Shown: positions 9,925-21,210 of the stretch, piece by piece | Layout of the letters: the number at the start of each line of letters is the position of its first letter | Position numbering within the stretch: position 1 is the first letter of the stretch | Assembly: GCA_963805625.1 (NCBI GenBank) | Contig: CAWDVE010000013.1 | Coordinates: 288,001-352,000 of the forward strand | Source: an uncultured Candidatus Rokubacteria bacterium | GTDB taxonomy: Bacteria > Methylomirabilota > Methylomirabilia > Rokubacteriales > DASRDR01 | Direction of reading: 5' to 3' | Length of the DNA: 64,000 bases | Made by a program: the position numbers and the translations under genes | Notes under the pieces: generated by a model | The model's database searches: none | Told to the model about the DNA's origin: nothing | Seen by the model: the letters and a program-made list of their open reading frames with translations, nothing else

Positions 9925-10944
9925 CTACTGGAAGATCTCGTTGAACCGATCCTTCAGGTTCTTCGTCTCCTTCTCGATGGCGTCGTAGTCGATCGGCCAC
10001 AGTTTCACCTGGCTCAGTGGCGGGTTGCCGGGTGGGGGTGGCACGTCCACCCGCGCTGCATAGATGCCCTCGTCCGGGAAAAGCTTCTGGACCGAGTCGC
10101 CGATCATGAACTCGGCGAAGGCCTTTGCGGCGTTGGGATGAGGCGAGCCCTTGATGACGGCCGTGGGGGCCGCGACGGCGAACGCCCCGTCGGCCGGGAT
10201 GACGGTCCGGATCTTGTGCCCGGCCTTCTGGTCCACCCACGCGTACTGGTCGGCCCCCTCGGCGGCGATGAGCCGCTCACCCCGGGTCAGCACCTCCGAG
10301 ACCTGCTGGTGCCCCTGGACGACCATGACGTCGTTGGCGCGCAGCTTCTGGTAGAACTCCCACCCGTACTTGCGGGACAGCGTGCCCACCACCATGAGCT
10401 GGATCGCCGTGTACGAGGGGTCCGGCATGACGAGCACGCCCTTGTACTTCGGGTCGGTCAGATCCAGCCAGTTCTTCGGAGCCTCGAGTCCCTTGTCGGT
10501 CCGCATGATGATGGCCGCGAGGTTCACGCGCTGGGCGATGTGCTGGCCCTTCGGGTCCTTGACCGCATCGGGGATCTTGTCGAAGTTCTTCGGACGGAAC
10601 GGGACCAGCAGGTCGCGCTTGGCGAGCCCGTTGACCTCCGCGGGGTCGGACACGGTCAGCACGTCGGCCAGCACCCGCTTGGCGTCGATCTCCTGCAAGA
10701 AGCGCCGGAGGACGGCCGACCCACCGGACCGGAAGAGCTCGACCTTGATCCCCGTCTCGGCCTGGAAGAGGTTGGCGACCTTCTGCGCCGCGACGATCGG
10801 CGTCGAGGTGTACCAGCTGACCACCCCCTCGCGCTTGGCGGCCGCGAGGTCCACGGCGTCCGGGGTGAACCCGGCCGACTGGGCCGCGGCGCCGGTCGCG
10901 AGCAAGAGCAAGACGGCGCCCGCAAACCATCGAGTCCCGTGCAT
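9925..10944 (-). CDS. ABC transporter substrate-binding protein (Fe3+/polyamine-like family)
   Basis: Signal peptide, AAKREGVVSWYTS, PKNWLDLTDPKYKG, PHPNAAKAF. Confidence 0.9.
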   Translation of the reverse strand: MHGTRWFAGAVLLLLATGAAAQSAGFTPDAVDLAAAKREGVVSWYTSTPIVAAQKVANLFQAETGIKVELFRSGGSAVLRRFLQEIDAKRVLADVLTVSDPAEVNGLAKRDLLVPFRPKNFDKIPDAVKDPKGQHIAQRVNLAAIIMRTDKGLEAPKNWLDLTDPKYKGVLVMPDPSYTAIQLMVVGTLSRKYGWEFYQKLRANDVMVVQGHQQVSEVLTRGERLIAAEGADQYAWVDQKAGHKIRTVIPADGAFAVAAPTAVIKGSPHPNAAKAFAEFMIGDSVQKLFPDEGIYAARVDVPPPPGNPPLSQVKLWPIDYDAIEKETKNLKDRFNEIFQ

Positions 10945-10955
10945 GGCTGCCTCCC

Positions 10956-11873
10956 TCAGGCCCCCCGGTAGATCGGGGCCGGCTGGCTGAAGAACGCCTC
11001 GAGAATATGGTACGGGATGCGGAAGTTCTTCTGGTGGAAGCTCGCATGGGCGATGCCCGGCATGACAGCGAACTGCTTGTCGGGGTTCGGAAGGCGCCGG
11101 AAGAACTCCAGGAGGTCGTCGAGCCCGGCGATGCCGTCGTACTGTCCCCGCATGATGATCGTGGGCGCGGTGATCAGCGCGGGATCGACTACCGGCAAGT
11201 TGGCGCACATGTCGACGTACGTGCCCGTCGGGACCGAATCGTCGAGGGCGAGAATCGCGTCCGCGAACGCCTCGATCACCTCGTCGTCGGCCGTGCCCGG
11301 ATGATCCCGTGTGAAGATGCTGCGCACGAAGGCGCGGTCGATCGGGCGCCGGTTCTTCGACCGGAACTCGGGGAGCCGCTTGCGCCGCTCCACGAGCGTC
11401 GGACTCCCCTCACCTGTCCAGACGAAGGCGTCGAGCGCGAGGCGCTGGACGCGCTCCGGATGGCGCTGGGCGAACAGGGCGGCGCGGAGAGCCCCCGACG
11501 AGATGCCGTACGTCAGGTAGGCACTCACGCCACGGGTGCGGGCGATGTAGTCCGTCGCGACCGCGAGGTCGTCGGCGCCGGTCGCGATGTCGGAGTTGAT
11601 GTCGCGGTGCTTGTCCGACCGTCCGTAGCCCTCCATGTCGACGCACCACGTGTCGTAGCCGAGCCGGGCGAAATGGTCCATCGCCGAGGAGTCAGGCCGC
11701 CCCGGGACCTGGAGGTCGAAGGTCGGCTGGGAGCCCATCGAGGAGCCGTGGACGAAGAGTATCGTCCCTCGCGGCTCCGTCGATCCGACGGCGGCCTTCT
11801 CCCAGAGAAACAGGCGCACCGGCCCCTTGTGGGTCCAGTGCTCGCGTCCGAGAACGGCGGGCTCGGCAGTCAT
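10956..11873 (-). CDS. alpha/beta fold hydrolase
   Basis: FVHGSS, DMEGYGRS, YGISSG (GxSxG), RGQYD, IAH. Confidence 0.85.
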   Translation of the reverse strand: MTAEPAVLGREHWTHKGPVRLFLWEKAAVGSTEPRGTILFVHGSSMGSQPTFDLQVPGRPDSSAMDHFARLGYDTWCVDMEGYGRSDKHRDINSDIATGADDLAVATDYIARTRGVSAYLTYGISSGALRAALFAQRHPERVQRLALDAFVWTGEGSPTLVERRKRLPEFRSKNRRPIDRAFVRSIFTRDHPGTADDEVIEAFADAILALDDSVPTGTYVDMCANLPVVDPALITAPTIIMRGQYDGIAGLDDLLEFFRRLPNPDKQFAVMPGIAHASFHQKNFRIPYHILEAFFSQPAPIYRGA

Positions 11874-11920
11874 CCGGCGGCTCCTTTCTTCGTCCCAGTC
11901 TCTGGAGTCTGGGAGGTCAT

Positions 11921-13009
11921 TTAGGCTTCGAACACGGTGCAGGCGTGAGGGTCGAAGTTGATCCGTAGCGCCTGGCCGACCTGAAGTGGCGCTTCCGGAT
12001 CGGCCTGGACGCGGACGCGCGTCCCATCCTCCAGCACCAGGTGACAGTCGATGAGGTTACCGAGAAACGTCAGCTCGGCCACCTTGCCCCGCAACACGCC
12101 GGCGCCGGCGGCCGCAGCGACCGCCCCGTCGAGGGCCAGGCGAAGGCTCTCGGGGCGAATCGCCACCTGAACCTCCGCCCCCGCTTCCAGGATGGCTGCC
12201 AGGGAGACCCGGACGGGCTCGCTTCCTGCGACCGAGACCAGGCTGTCGTCGACCGCCGCGCGCACGACCCGCCCCGGGAGCAAGTTGACCAGGCCCATGA
12301 AGTCCGCCACATCGCGGCTGGCCGGCCGCGCGTAGACGTCGCGCGGTGGGCCGTCCTGGAGGAGCGAACCGCCGTGAAGCACCGCGATCCGATCGGACAG
12401 CGCCATTGCCTCGGCCTGGTCGTGGGTGACGTACACGAAGGTGATGCCGGTCCGTCGCTGGAGCTCCTTGAGCTCCCAGCGCATTCGCTCGCGGAGCTTC
12501 GCGTCGAGATTCGACAGGGGCTCGTCCAGCAGGAGGATCTTTGGCTCGACCACCAGGCTCCGGGCCAGCGCCACGCGCTGCTGCTGGCCGCCGGAGAGCT
12601 CGCTCGGGAATCGCTGCTCGAGCCCCTCGAGGTTCACGAGCTCGAGCACCCGCCCGACGCGCTCGCGGGCGTTCGCCCGAGGGATCCGCCGGACCTCGAG
12701 ACCAAACGCAACGTTCTCGTACACGGTCTTGTGGGGCCAGATCGCGTAGTTCTGGAAGACCATCCCCATTCCACGCCGCTCAGGCGGGACGACGGCGTCC
12801 GCTGAGGAGAGGGTCAGGCCGTCGACCCGGATGACCCCCGCATCGGGCTTGAGGAAGCCGGCGATGAGCCGGAGGAGCGTCGTCTTGCCACAGCCGCTCG
12901 GGCCGAGCAGGGTCAGGAACTCGCGGTCGCGAACCTCGAGGCTCAGCTCGCGCACGGCGGCCACGGGACCGTATCGCTTCGACACGCGCTCGATCGAGAT
13001 GCCGGCCAT
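11921..13009 (-). CDS. ABC transporter ATP-binding protein with TOBE domain
   Basis: GPSGCGKT, LSGGQQQR, LLLDEP. Confidence 0.95.
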   Translation of the reverse strand: MAGISIERVSKRYGPVAAVRELSLEVRDREFLTLLGPSGCGKTTLLRLIAGFLKPDAGVIRVDGLTLSSADAVVPPERRGMGMVFQNYAIWPHKTVYENVAFGLEVRRIPRANARERVGRVLELVNLEGLEQRFPSELSGGQQQRVALARSLVVEPKILLLDEPLSNLDAKLRERMRWELKELQRRTGITFVYVTHDQAEAMALSDRIAVLHGGSLLQDGPPRDVYARPASRDVADFMGLVNLLPGRVVRAAVDDSLVSVAGSEPVRVSLAAILEAGAEVQVAIRPESLRLALDGAVAAAAGAGVLRGKVAELTFLGNLIDCHLVLEDGTRVRVQADPEAPLQVGQALRINFDPHACTVFEA

Positions 13010-13026
13010 GGTTCAGGGAGGTTGGG

Positions 13027-14745
13027 CTAATGCACCACGCCCGCGCGCTCGAGGCGAGCACCGGCACGACCCAGCCGCGTCGCGAGCCAGATGGCGGCGC
13101 CGATGATCACCATCGTCACGATGGCGAGGGCCGCCACCGGCCCGAGGTACCCCGTCTCGTAGAGGTTGTACACCGCCACCGCCAGCGTCATGGAGCCGGA
13201 GCTGAAGAGGAGGACCGAAGCACTCAGCTCCTGGATGGCCGGCACGAACACGAGAAGCCACCCGGCGAAGAGCCCGGGGCGTGCCAGCGGGAGCGTGATG
13301 CTCCCGAATGTCCGGAGCCAGCCCGCCCCGGTCACCCGCGCCGTCTCCTCGAGCGAGGTGTCGACCTGGCGGAACGCGGCGTTGGCTGACCGCGTCGCGA
13401 GCGGGACGTAGCGGGCGCTGTAGGCCAGAAGGATGATGAGCAGCGTGCCGTATATGGGGACCGGTACCCGGAGCCAGAACTGGATCAGCGCCACCGCCAT
13501 CACAATGCCCGGCAGCCCGAGCGGCACGAGCGACACGTAGTCGAGCAGCTTCCGGCCGGGCAGCCGCGTCCGGAGGTCGCCCCAGGCGATCAGGCTTCCG
13601 AGGAGCACCGTCAGCGTCGCGGCCGCCGCGGCGAGCATGAGGCTGTTCACGATCGCCCGCCGGGTGACGTCGTACTCGAAGAGGATGAAGCGGTAGTGCT
13701 GCAGGGTCAGGTTCTGCCAGAAGTCGAGCCCCCACGACCGGCTCACGGAAACGGCCAGGAGCGTGAGGTACGGCGCGAGCACGGCCACGACGAAGACTCC
13801 GATGCAGAACGCGAAGGCTCCCCAGCGGGCCCCGCCGAGCGGGACGACCTGCGGCCGGTTGCCCTTACCGCCAAGGGTGACGTACGAGCGCCGGGCCAGG
13901 TAGCGGCGCTGGAGCGCGAGCGCCACGACCGTGATCGCGACGAAGACCAGCGAAAGGGCTGACGCCAATCCGTAGCGCGGCGGGTGGTCGAAGAGCGCGT
14001 AGATCCGCGTGGGCAGGGTGAAGATGCGCCCGGGCAGCCCGATGATCGCCTGGGAGCCGAAGAGCGCGATCGCGTTGACGAAGGCCACCAGGGCGCCAGC
14101 CAGGATCGCGGGGGCCACGAGCGGCAGGGTGACGGCGCGCGCGGTCCGCCAGCGTCCCGCCCCCAGGATCCGGGCCGACTCCTCCATCGACGCGTCGACG
14201 GACTCGAGCGCGCTGGCCGCCAGCAGGTACACGAACGGGAACGTGTGCAGCACGGTGACGAGGACCAGCCCGGCCATCGAGTGGATGTTGAACGTGAGCT
14301 GAGGCAGGCCCAGCACGTCACGGACCCACTGGTTGACGAGCCCTGCATTCGGGCTGAAGAGATTCACGAACGCGATCGCGGTGAGATAGGGCGGCGTGAG
14401 GTACGCGACTGTCGCCGTGGCGTGGATGAACGGCTTCGCCGGCACATCGGTGCGGCTCACCGCCCAGGCCATCGGCAGTCCGACGGCCACGCTCAGGAGC
14501 GCCGTCCAGGCGCCCAGGATCAGCGAGTTCTTGAGGGCCTGGACGTAGAGTCGCCGGGACAGGGCCTCGCGGAAGTGGCCGAGGCTCAGTCGCCCTTCCT
14601 CGGTGACACTCGCAAAGAGCAAGGAGATCAGCGGCAGGACGACGAGGATAGCGAGGGCGACCACGGCCACGGCCATCGCGACGTGCTCGCCTCGAACCGG
14701 CCACCGGACGGCCAGGGACGCCGGTGACGCGACAGCGCGGCTCAC
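13027..14745 (-). CDS. ABC transporter permease (FbpB-like, two TM modules)
   Basis: Two EAA-like loops (EESARILGA, EETARVTGA). Confidence 0.9.
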   Translation of the reverse strand: MSRAVASPASLAVRWPVRGEHVAMAVAVVALAILVVLPLISLLFASVTEEGRLSLGHFREALSRRLYVQALKNSLILGAWTALLSVAVGLPMAWAVSRTDVPAKPFIHATATVAYLTPPYLTAIAFVNLFSPNAGLVNQWVRDVLGLPQLTFNIHSMAGLVLVTVLHTFPFVYLLAASALESVDASMEESARILGAGRWRTARAVTLPLVAPAILAGALVAFVNAIALFGSQAIIGLPGRIFTLPTRIYALFDHPPRYGLASALSLVFVAITVVALALQRRYLARRSYVTLGGKGNRPQVVPLGGARWGAFAFCIGVFVVAVLAPYLTLLAVSVSRSWGLDFWQNLTLQHYRFILFEYDVTRRAIVNSLMLAAAAATLTVLLGSLIAWGDLRTRLPGRKLLDYVSLVPLGLPGIVMAVALIQFWLRVPVPIYGTLLIILLAYSARYVPLATRSANAAFRQVDTSLEETARVTGAGWLRTFGSITLPLARPGLFAGWLLVFVPAIQELSASVLLFSSGSMTLAVAVYNLYETGYLGPVAALAIVTMVIIGAAIWLATRLGRAGARLERAGVVH

Positions 14746-14805
14746 GACAGATCCCTCGGACCCACTCCTGCCGGGTGCCGCGTCACACCGGGCCCCCGCG
14801 GGACC

Positions 14806-15792
14806 TCAGATGTAGACCCCCTTCATCTGGGGCTCCGGGTATCGTGTGCCCGCGCCGGCGCCCGGCGGCATCGCCTCGTCGATCCGGCGGAGGTCGTCGG
14901 CGTCGAGATGGACACGGATGGCGCCCACGTTCTCCTCGAGGCGATCGACGCGCTTCGTGCCGGGGATGGGGACGACATCCCGTCCGCGGGCCAGGAGCCA
15001 CGCGAGCGCGAGCTGGGCGGGAGTCGCGCCCTTGGCCCGCGCAATCTCGGCCAGGCGCCGCACCAGCCGCGCGTTGTGCTCGAGATTGGGCCCCTGGAAC
15101 CGTGGGTGCTGGCGTCTGCGGTCGTCGGCGGGGATGTCGTCGGACCGCTCGACGCCCCCCGCGAGCAAGCTCCGCCCGAGCGGCGAGTACGCGACGAACG
15201 CGATCCCGAGCTCTCGGCAGACCGCGAGGGCGTCCTCCGCCGGCTCCCGGTACAGGAGCGAGTACTCCATCTGCAACGCGGCGATCGGGTGGACGGCGTG
15301 CGCCCGACGGAGGGTGGCCGGGGCCGTCTCGCACAGCCCGAGAGCCCGGATCTTGCCCTCCTCGCGAAGCCGTGCCATCGCGCCCACCGTCTCCTCGATC
15401 GAGACCTTGGGGTCCACGCGGTGCTGGTAGTAGAGGTCAATCGTGTCGACACCGAGTCGCTTCAGGCTTGCCTCGCAGGCGCTCCGGACGTATGCCGCGC
15501 TCCCATCCACGAGGTTGCCGGCGCCGTCCGGGCTCCGCACCTGCCCGAACTTGGTGGCGATGACGACGCCACCCCGGCGGCCGGCGAGCGCCTGTCGGAG
15601 GAGCTCCTCGTTGTGCCCCCACCCGTACATGTCGGAGGAGTCCAGGAAGTCGATGCCGAGATCGAGGGCGCGGTGAATCACCGCGATCGATCCCGCGTCG
15701 TCGCTCTTTCCGTAGGTCCCGGACATCGACATGCAGCCGAGTCCGATCGCCGACACCCTCAATGCGCCGTGCCCGAGCAGCCGGTATTCCAT
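14806..15792 (-). CDS. aldo/keto reductase
   Basis: [39 protein letters not shown]. Confidence 0.95.
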   Translation of the reverse strand: MEYRLLGHGALRVSAIGLGCMSMSGTYGKSDDAGSIAVIHRALDLGIDFLDSSDMYGWGHNEELLRQALAGRRGGVVIATKFGQVRSPDGAGNLVDGSAAYVRSACEASLKRLGVDTIDLYYQHRVDPKVSIEETVGAMARLREEGKIRALGLCETAPATLRRAHAVHPIAALQMEYSLLYREPAEDALAVCRELGIAFVAYSPLGRSLLAGGVERSDDIPADDRRRQHPRFQGPNLEHNARLVRRLAEIARAKGATPAQLALAWLLARGRDVVPIPGTKRVDRLEENVGAIRVHLDADDLRRIDEAMPPGAGAGTRYPEPQMKGVYI

Positions 15793-16063
15793 TCAGCGGT
15801 CCCCCATGTTCGTTCGAAAGCGGCGTCTCAGCCTACTCGAACTGCGCGAGGGAGATCAAGGACGAGGCCGGGCGCCGCGCACGCGGCCATCGACCGGATC
15901 ACGCCCTCGGACGCCGGTCGAGAAGAGCACCCGACCCATGCGCCCGGTCGCAGCTCACCCTGAGGCGACGATCGGGAAGCCTTCCGTGTTCTGGGAGCGC
16001 GAGCGACGGGAGGCGGCGGGCCGGCGATCGGCGTGGACGCGCCGGGCGATCCGCGTGCGGCGC

Positions 16064-19000
16064 TCAGGTGCCCTGGAGCACCCCGGCGAGCGCCTCGGCC
16101 ACAGCCTTGCGGATGTCCTCGATGCGGTAGGGCTTGGCCACCACCCCGACCACGCCAGAGGCCCTGACCCGGTCGGGGTCGAGCTGGTGCCCCCAGCCGG
16201 TCACGAGGATCACGGGCAGCCCCGGGTGGAGGGCTCGGGCCTGAGCCGCCAGCTCCCAGCCCGAGAGCACCGGCATGCCGAGGTCGGTGAACAGGAGGTC
16301 GGGGGGATCGGTGCCCACACGAGCCAGCGCCGCGCGCGCATCCGTCATGACCTCCACGACATGCCCCCCCTCGAGGCGAAGGATGTCCGCCAGCATCTGG
16401 GCAAGCACCTCCTCGTCGTCGACCACGAGGATGCGCACGCTGCCGGTCTCGACGGGTCCCGGCTCCTGCACCGGCACCGCGGGCCGCCCGCAGAAGACGG
16501 GCAGATGCAGCGTGACCGTCGTCCCCACGTTTTCGCGGCTGTCGATCCGGACCCGGCCACCGTGGCGCGAGACGATGCCGTACACGACCGACAGCCCGAG
16601 TCCCGTGCCCCGGGCCCCCTTGGTCGTGAAGAAGGGGTCGAAGGCGCGCCGCCGGACCTCCGCGGACATCCCGACGCCGGTGTCGCGCACGAAGCACTCG
16701 ACCGCCTGGCCGTCCTCCGCCTCGAGCGAGCGCACGCCGAGGGTCACGGTCCCGCCGGCTGGCATCGCGTCCAGCGCGTTCAGGAGCACGTTCAGGAACA
16801 CCTCGCGCAGCTCCGCGGCATTGCCCCGGACCGGCGGCACCGGCTCCAGAGCGAGCGCCACGTTGATGAAAGCGCCGCGCGCTTGCGCCTCGTCCTTCCA
16901 GCGCGGACGAGCGATCTCCACGACCTGCTGCAGCAACTCTGCGATCTCGACCGGCTCCGCCTGCTCCTCGCCCTTGGCGCGTGCGAACCCCAGGATCCGG
17001 CGCACCGTCTCCGCCCCGTCCAGGGCTGCCCCCTGGATGATCTTGAGGCCCTGCACGACCTGGGGATCCGATGTCCGCCGCTGCAGGAGCTCAGCCCTTC
17101 CGAGGATGGCCGCGAGGAGATTGTTGAAGTCGTGGGCAACACCGCCCGCCATCTGCCCCAGGGCTCCCAGCTTGGCCGTCTGGACCGCCTGCTCCTGCGC
17201 GGCCTCGAGCTGCGCGTAGGCGGACCGGAGGTCGGCATACAGCTTCGCGTTTCCGATGGCGATCGCCGCCTGCTGCGCCACGGCGCCGGCGAACCGGACC
17301 TCCTCGGGACTGAACTTGTACTCCTGCCGGATACAGATCCCGAGGATGCCCCAGACATCCTCACCGAGGATGACCGGGGCGGCCAGCACCGCGCGGATCC
17401 CCTCGGTGTTGAACAGAGCCAGCGCGTTGCGGCTCCCGCCGAAGCGCGGATCAGCCGGCAGGTCCGCCGTCCACACCGGCGTGCGTATCAGCGCCGCGTC
17501 ACCGGTGGGCTCCTCGCCGGACTTCAGTACGAGTGAAGTCTCGCGATCGGCAGACAGTCCGCGGGCGCGCACGTAGTGAAGGGTGTCGCCGTCCATCCGG
17601 AGGATGCTCACGGCATCGGCACCCATCGCCTCGGACACGCGCTCGACCACGAGGTCCAGCACCCGGTCGAGGTCAAGCGTCGCGGTCACGGACCGCCCGA
17701 TCTCCGCCAGGGCCTCGGCGCGCGCCCGGTGCCGTTCCGCCTCCGCCAGCAGCGCCTGCGTCTGACTGAAGAGCCGCGCGTTCTGGATGGCCGTCCCCAC
17801 CTCGAGGCCGATGCTGCCGAGGAGCCGAAGCTCGGTCTCGGTGAACTCCGGCTTCCGCTGACCGATCAGGACGACCGCACCCAGCCCCTGGCCCTTCGAC
17901 AGGATCGGGATCAACAGGACGCCCCCCACCGTCGTGCCTTCGGGAACCCGATCCCAGTACGGAGCGAGGTCGGTCGGCTCGTTCAGGAGCATGGGCTGCA
18001 GCAATCGAAGCGCCTGGCCGCTGTGGCCCTCGTCCATGCGCAAGGGAATCGGATTCGCCGCGTAGCTCGGTCTGAGACCCCGGTGCGCGACGAGGATCAG
18101 GTTGTCCCGCGACTCGTCCAGCAGCCGGATCCCACCGGCCGTGAAATCGAAGAGAGCCATCAAGCGGTCGAGGATGGCCTCGAGGCTCTCCCGCAGATCC
18201 AGCGACGTGTGAGCCGCCTGGATGATGGTATTGAGGACCTCGAGCTCCTGTCGCCGCCGCTGCGCTTCCTCGGTCCTTGCGCCCAGCTCGGCGTTCCGGC
18301 GAGCCAGGGACTCCGCCATGAGGTTGAACGAGCGGCCCAGATCGGCGACCTCGTCCGTCCCCTCGGCCGGCATGCGCAGACCGAAGTGCCCCTCCGCCAG
18401 CTGGGCGGTCGCCGCCTGGAGTCGCCGAACGCGCCGGCTGGCGCCCCGCGCGACCAGGACGACCGCCACCACGAGGACGACCGCACCGGCACTGCCGTAG
18501 ACCAGCGTGGACTGCGTGAGGGCCCGCACGGGACCTTCGATTTCAACGATCGGTGCAAGCACGCCGACCGACCAGCCGTGCGCGCCAACGACCGAGCGGA
18601 CCAGCAGTCCGTGGCCTCCATCGGCCAGGTCGACGACCTGAGGCTCGTTCGGACGAGTGCGCAGGATCGCCCCGAGCTCACCGGGCCCCTTCCAGAGCGC
18701 GGCCAGGCTCTCCGCCGCCCCCGGCGGGCCGAGAATGGCGCCGTTACCGTCCACGAGAAAGCTCGTCCCCGGACGCCCGGTCAGCGCACCCGCCAGTGTC
18801 GACGTGAAGTATGACAGCGGCAGGTCCACCATCATCACCCCACGGAATTCTTTCCATTCGTTGTAGACCGGCAGGGCCAGACGCAGGACGGTGATCTGCA
18901 AGGTGTCCGACTGCTCAACGGACACGGCAACGCCGGTGTCAGGCCGAAGTGCCTTGGCCCGCTGAAAGAAGGGCCTGCTCGCATAGCTGTGTACCGTTCC

Positions 19001-19490
19001 TCTTGGCCCCCCGGGCTGTCGCGCTGACCAGTTCCTTTCCGGTCTCGTCCAGATAGCGCGCCTCGGCCACCACCTCGTCACGGCGACTCAGAAACTGGCC
19101 GAAGTGCTCGGCCAGCTTCTTGAGCGCGACGTCGGCCTCCTGCACGAGCCGGTACTCGAGCTGGGTTTGGTAATCACGCAAGGCAGGCGAGCTGGCCAGG
19201 TCGTACAGGTCCAGCTCGCGCTCCCGGAGAAACGGCCTCAGGCGAAGCGCCACCTGACGCAGTCGCACCTGAAGCTCCTCGCGGACCTGGAGCTCGAGCG
19301 TCGCCTTCGTGCTGGAGTACCAAACATAGGCCAGCCCTCCGAGCGGAACGAGGACCAGCGGGATGACCACCAGGGTCAGCTTGGTGGCGATGCCGAACCG
19401 CACACGCCGCCACCCCGGCCGGGACGGGTTGGGGGCAGCGCGAACCCCTATCCCTTCGGGGACAACCTCAGCTCCGATTCCAGGGGTCAT
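16064..19490 (-). pseudogene. hybrid sensor histidine kinase (TM-dCache-TM-HAMP-2xGAF-HisKA-HATPase-REC) split by a 1-nt frameshift near 19007-19012
   Basis: N-terminal ORF 18939-19490 and C-terminal ORF 16064-19081 join if one G is removed from a G6 run; VAHDFNN H-box, PFFTTK, GTGLGL, REC with TDLGMP. Confidence 0.8.
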
Positions 19491-21001
19491 TGCCCCAACC
19501 CAACTCCCCCGAGACGCAGGATCGTGTCCGCGGATGGCACAAAGCCCGTGACGTGCTCGCGCACCCCGTAGAGGTCCACGACCTGGTAGAGAGGGATCGT
19601 GAGGCCCTGGTCGTGCGCGATGACCTGAACCTCGCGGAGGAGCGACGCGCGAACCGCCGGGTCCTGCTCGCTGTCGGCCCTGTTCAGGAGCTCGAGGGCG
19701 CGCGGCTGCGACGCGCGAGCCATCGGGTGAGCGGGGTCCAGGTGCACTCGCAGCTGAAACGCGGCGTCGAAGATGAGGCTCGTGGGATCCAGGATCAGGA
19801 AGTTATGCTGGTCGCGCTCCTTGATCCACCGCGACATGGTCGGTGCACGGCCTTCCACACTGAGCTCGAGCTTCACGCCGAGCTTCGCCCATTGCTGGGC
19901 CAGGGCCGTCGCCAGGGTCTGGGTGTCGTGCGTCGCGAGACCACGCAAGCGAAGCCCATTAGGATAGCCCGCCTCAGCGAGCAGCGCTTTAGCCTTGGTG
20001 GGGTCGAAGGGATAAGGCTTGAGGCCTGGGTGGAAGCCGAAGTCCTCCGGCAGCGTGACCGTAGCGATGGCTCGCCCGTTCCCCCTGGCGATGTATCGCA
20101 CTAGTCCCTCCACGTCCGTTCCATAGAGCAACGCCCGGCGAACCTCGACGCGGGCCAGCGGTCCGGTGCGATTGTCGATGAAGACGTCCATGAACCGAAT
20201 CGAGTTACGCTTGACCAGACGCACCCCCGGCGCTCGCAGCAGGGAGTCCACTTGCTGCGGGAGAAGGTTGGTGACGATGTCCACACTCCCCGTCAGTAGT
20301 TGGCGGAGGCGTTCCTCTGCCTCCGGGATGAACTGGAAGACTACTCGCGGAGTCTTGGACACACCGCCGTGGTAGTCAGCAAACGCCGTGAGCACCGCCT
20401 GCGTCGTGTTGAGCTCCGAGAGCCGGAAGGGGCCCAACCCGATTGGCTCGCGGAAGAAATCGGCTTCAGCACGACCCCGCAGCTGATCGGGTAGGATCAT
20501 GCTGAACTGGGAAAGACGCGCGGGCAGCAGCGCATAGGGGCGCTTGGTCGTGATTCGCACCGTAAGCGTATCGATCGCCACGATGGTCTCGAGTTCGCTG
20601 AACTCGTGTCGCCGAGGAGAGTTGACCTTGGGGTCCAGGATTCGCTCCAGGGAGTACACGACATCGGCCGCGGTGAGCTCGCCCCCATCGTGAAAGCGCA
20701 CGCCCGGGCGCAGCCGGAACTCCCAGGTGAGCCGGTCCACCGGTCCCCACCCCTCGAGAAGCGGGGTCCGGATCTTGCCGTCCGGATCCCGGTCGAACAG
20801 CGGCTCGAAGATGAGCCGGAAGAAGCTCTGCGCCTGGGTGCCGTAGACCTTGAACGGATCGAGCGTCGCGGGGGGGGCCGTCGCGTCGGCGACGACGAGC
20901 TCGCTCCCGGGACTACGGGGCGCGCCACTCACCACCGACGCTGGCGCGAGAAGCAGGGCCAGCACGATTGCAACCGCCCATCGATTTCCCACGGGGGCCA
21001 T
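19487..21001 (-). CDS. family 5 (DppA/OppA-like) substrate-binding protein
   Basis: FRLRPGVRFHDG, TAADVVYS, PIGLGPF, AKALLAEAGY; ATGA overlap with kinase start. Confidence 0.9.
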   Translation of the reverse strand: MAPVGNRWAVAIVLALLLAPASVVSGAPRSPGSELVVADATAPPATLDPFKVYGTQAQSFFRLIFEPLFDRDPDGKIRTPLLEGWGPVDRLTWEFRLRPGVRFHDGGELTAADVVYSLERILDPKVNSPRRHEFSELETIVAIDTLTVRITTKRPYALLPARLSQFSMILPDQLRGRAEADFFREPIGLGPFRLSELNTTQAVLTAFADYHGGVSKTPRVVFQFIPEAEERLRQLLTGSVDIVTNLLPQQVDSLLRAPGVRLVKRNSIRFMDVFIDNRTGPLARVEVRRALLYGTDVEGLVRYIARGNGRAIATVTLPEDFGFHPGLKPYPFDPTKAKALLAEAGYPNGLRLRGLATHDTQTLATALAQQWAKLGVKLELSVEGRAPTMSRWIKERDQHNFLILDPTSLIFDAAFQLRVHLDPAHPMARASQPRALELLNRADSEQDPAVRASLLREVQVIAHDQGLTIPLYQVVDLYGVREHVTGFVPSADTILRLGGVGLGQ

Positions 21002-21067
21002 ATGGCGAATTTCCCTCCCGGGTGGGGTCAAGGCTCACGGGCCCAGTCGCCCCCCGGCAGGGACGAG

Positions 21068-21083
21068 TGCAATGGGTGTGCCA
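21068..21083 (-). promoter_or_regulatory. sigma54 -24/-12 promoter
   Basis: TGGCAC-ACCCA-TTGCA on the minus strand, ~67 nt upstream of the SBP start. Confidence 0.75.
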
Positions 21084-21210
21084 CCAGTGATGCGCTTCCC
21101 CCGGGCCTGGGCAGACGGTCGCTAGTGCGGCGAATGTGGGCGATTTGAGCGGGTTTGCTTCTGATGGGCACTCCGAGGAGACGCCCAGAAGCGTGGTGCC
21201 CCGTCAGATC

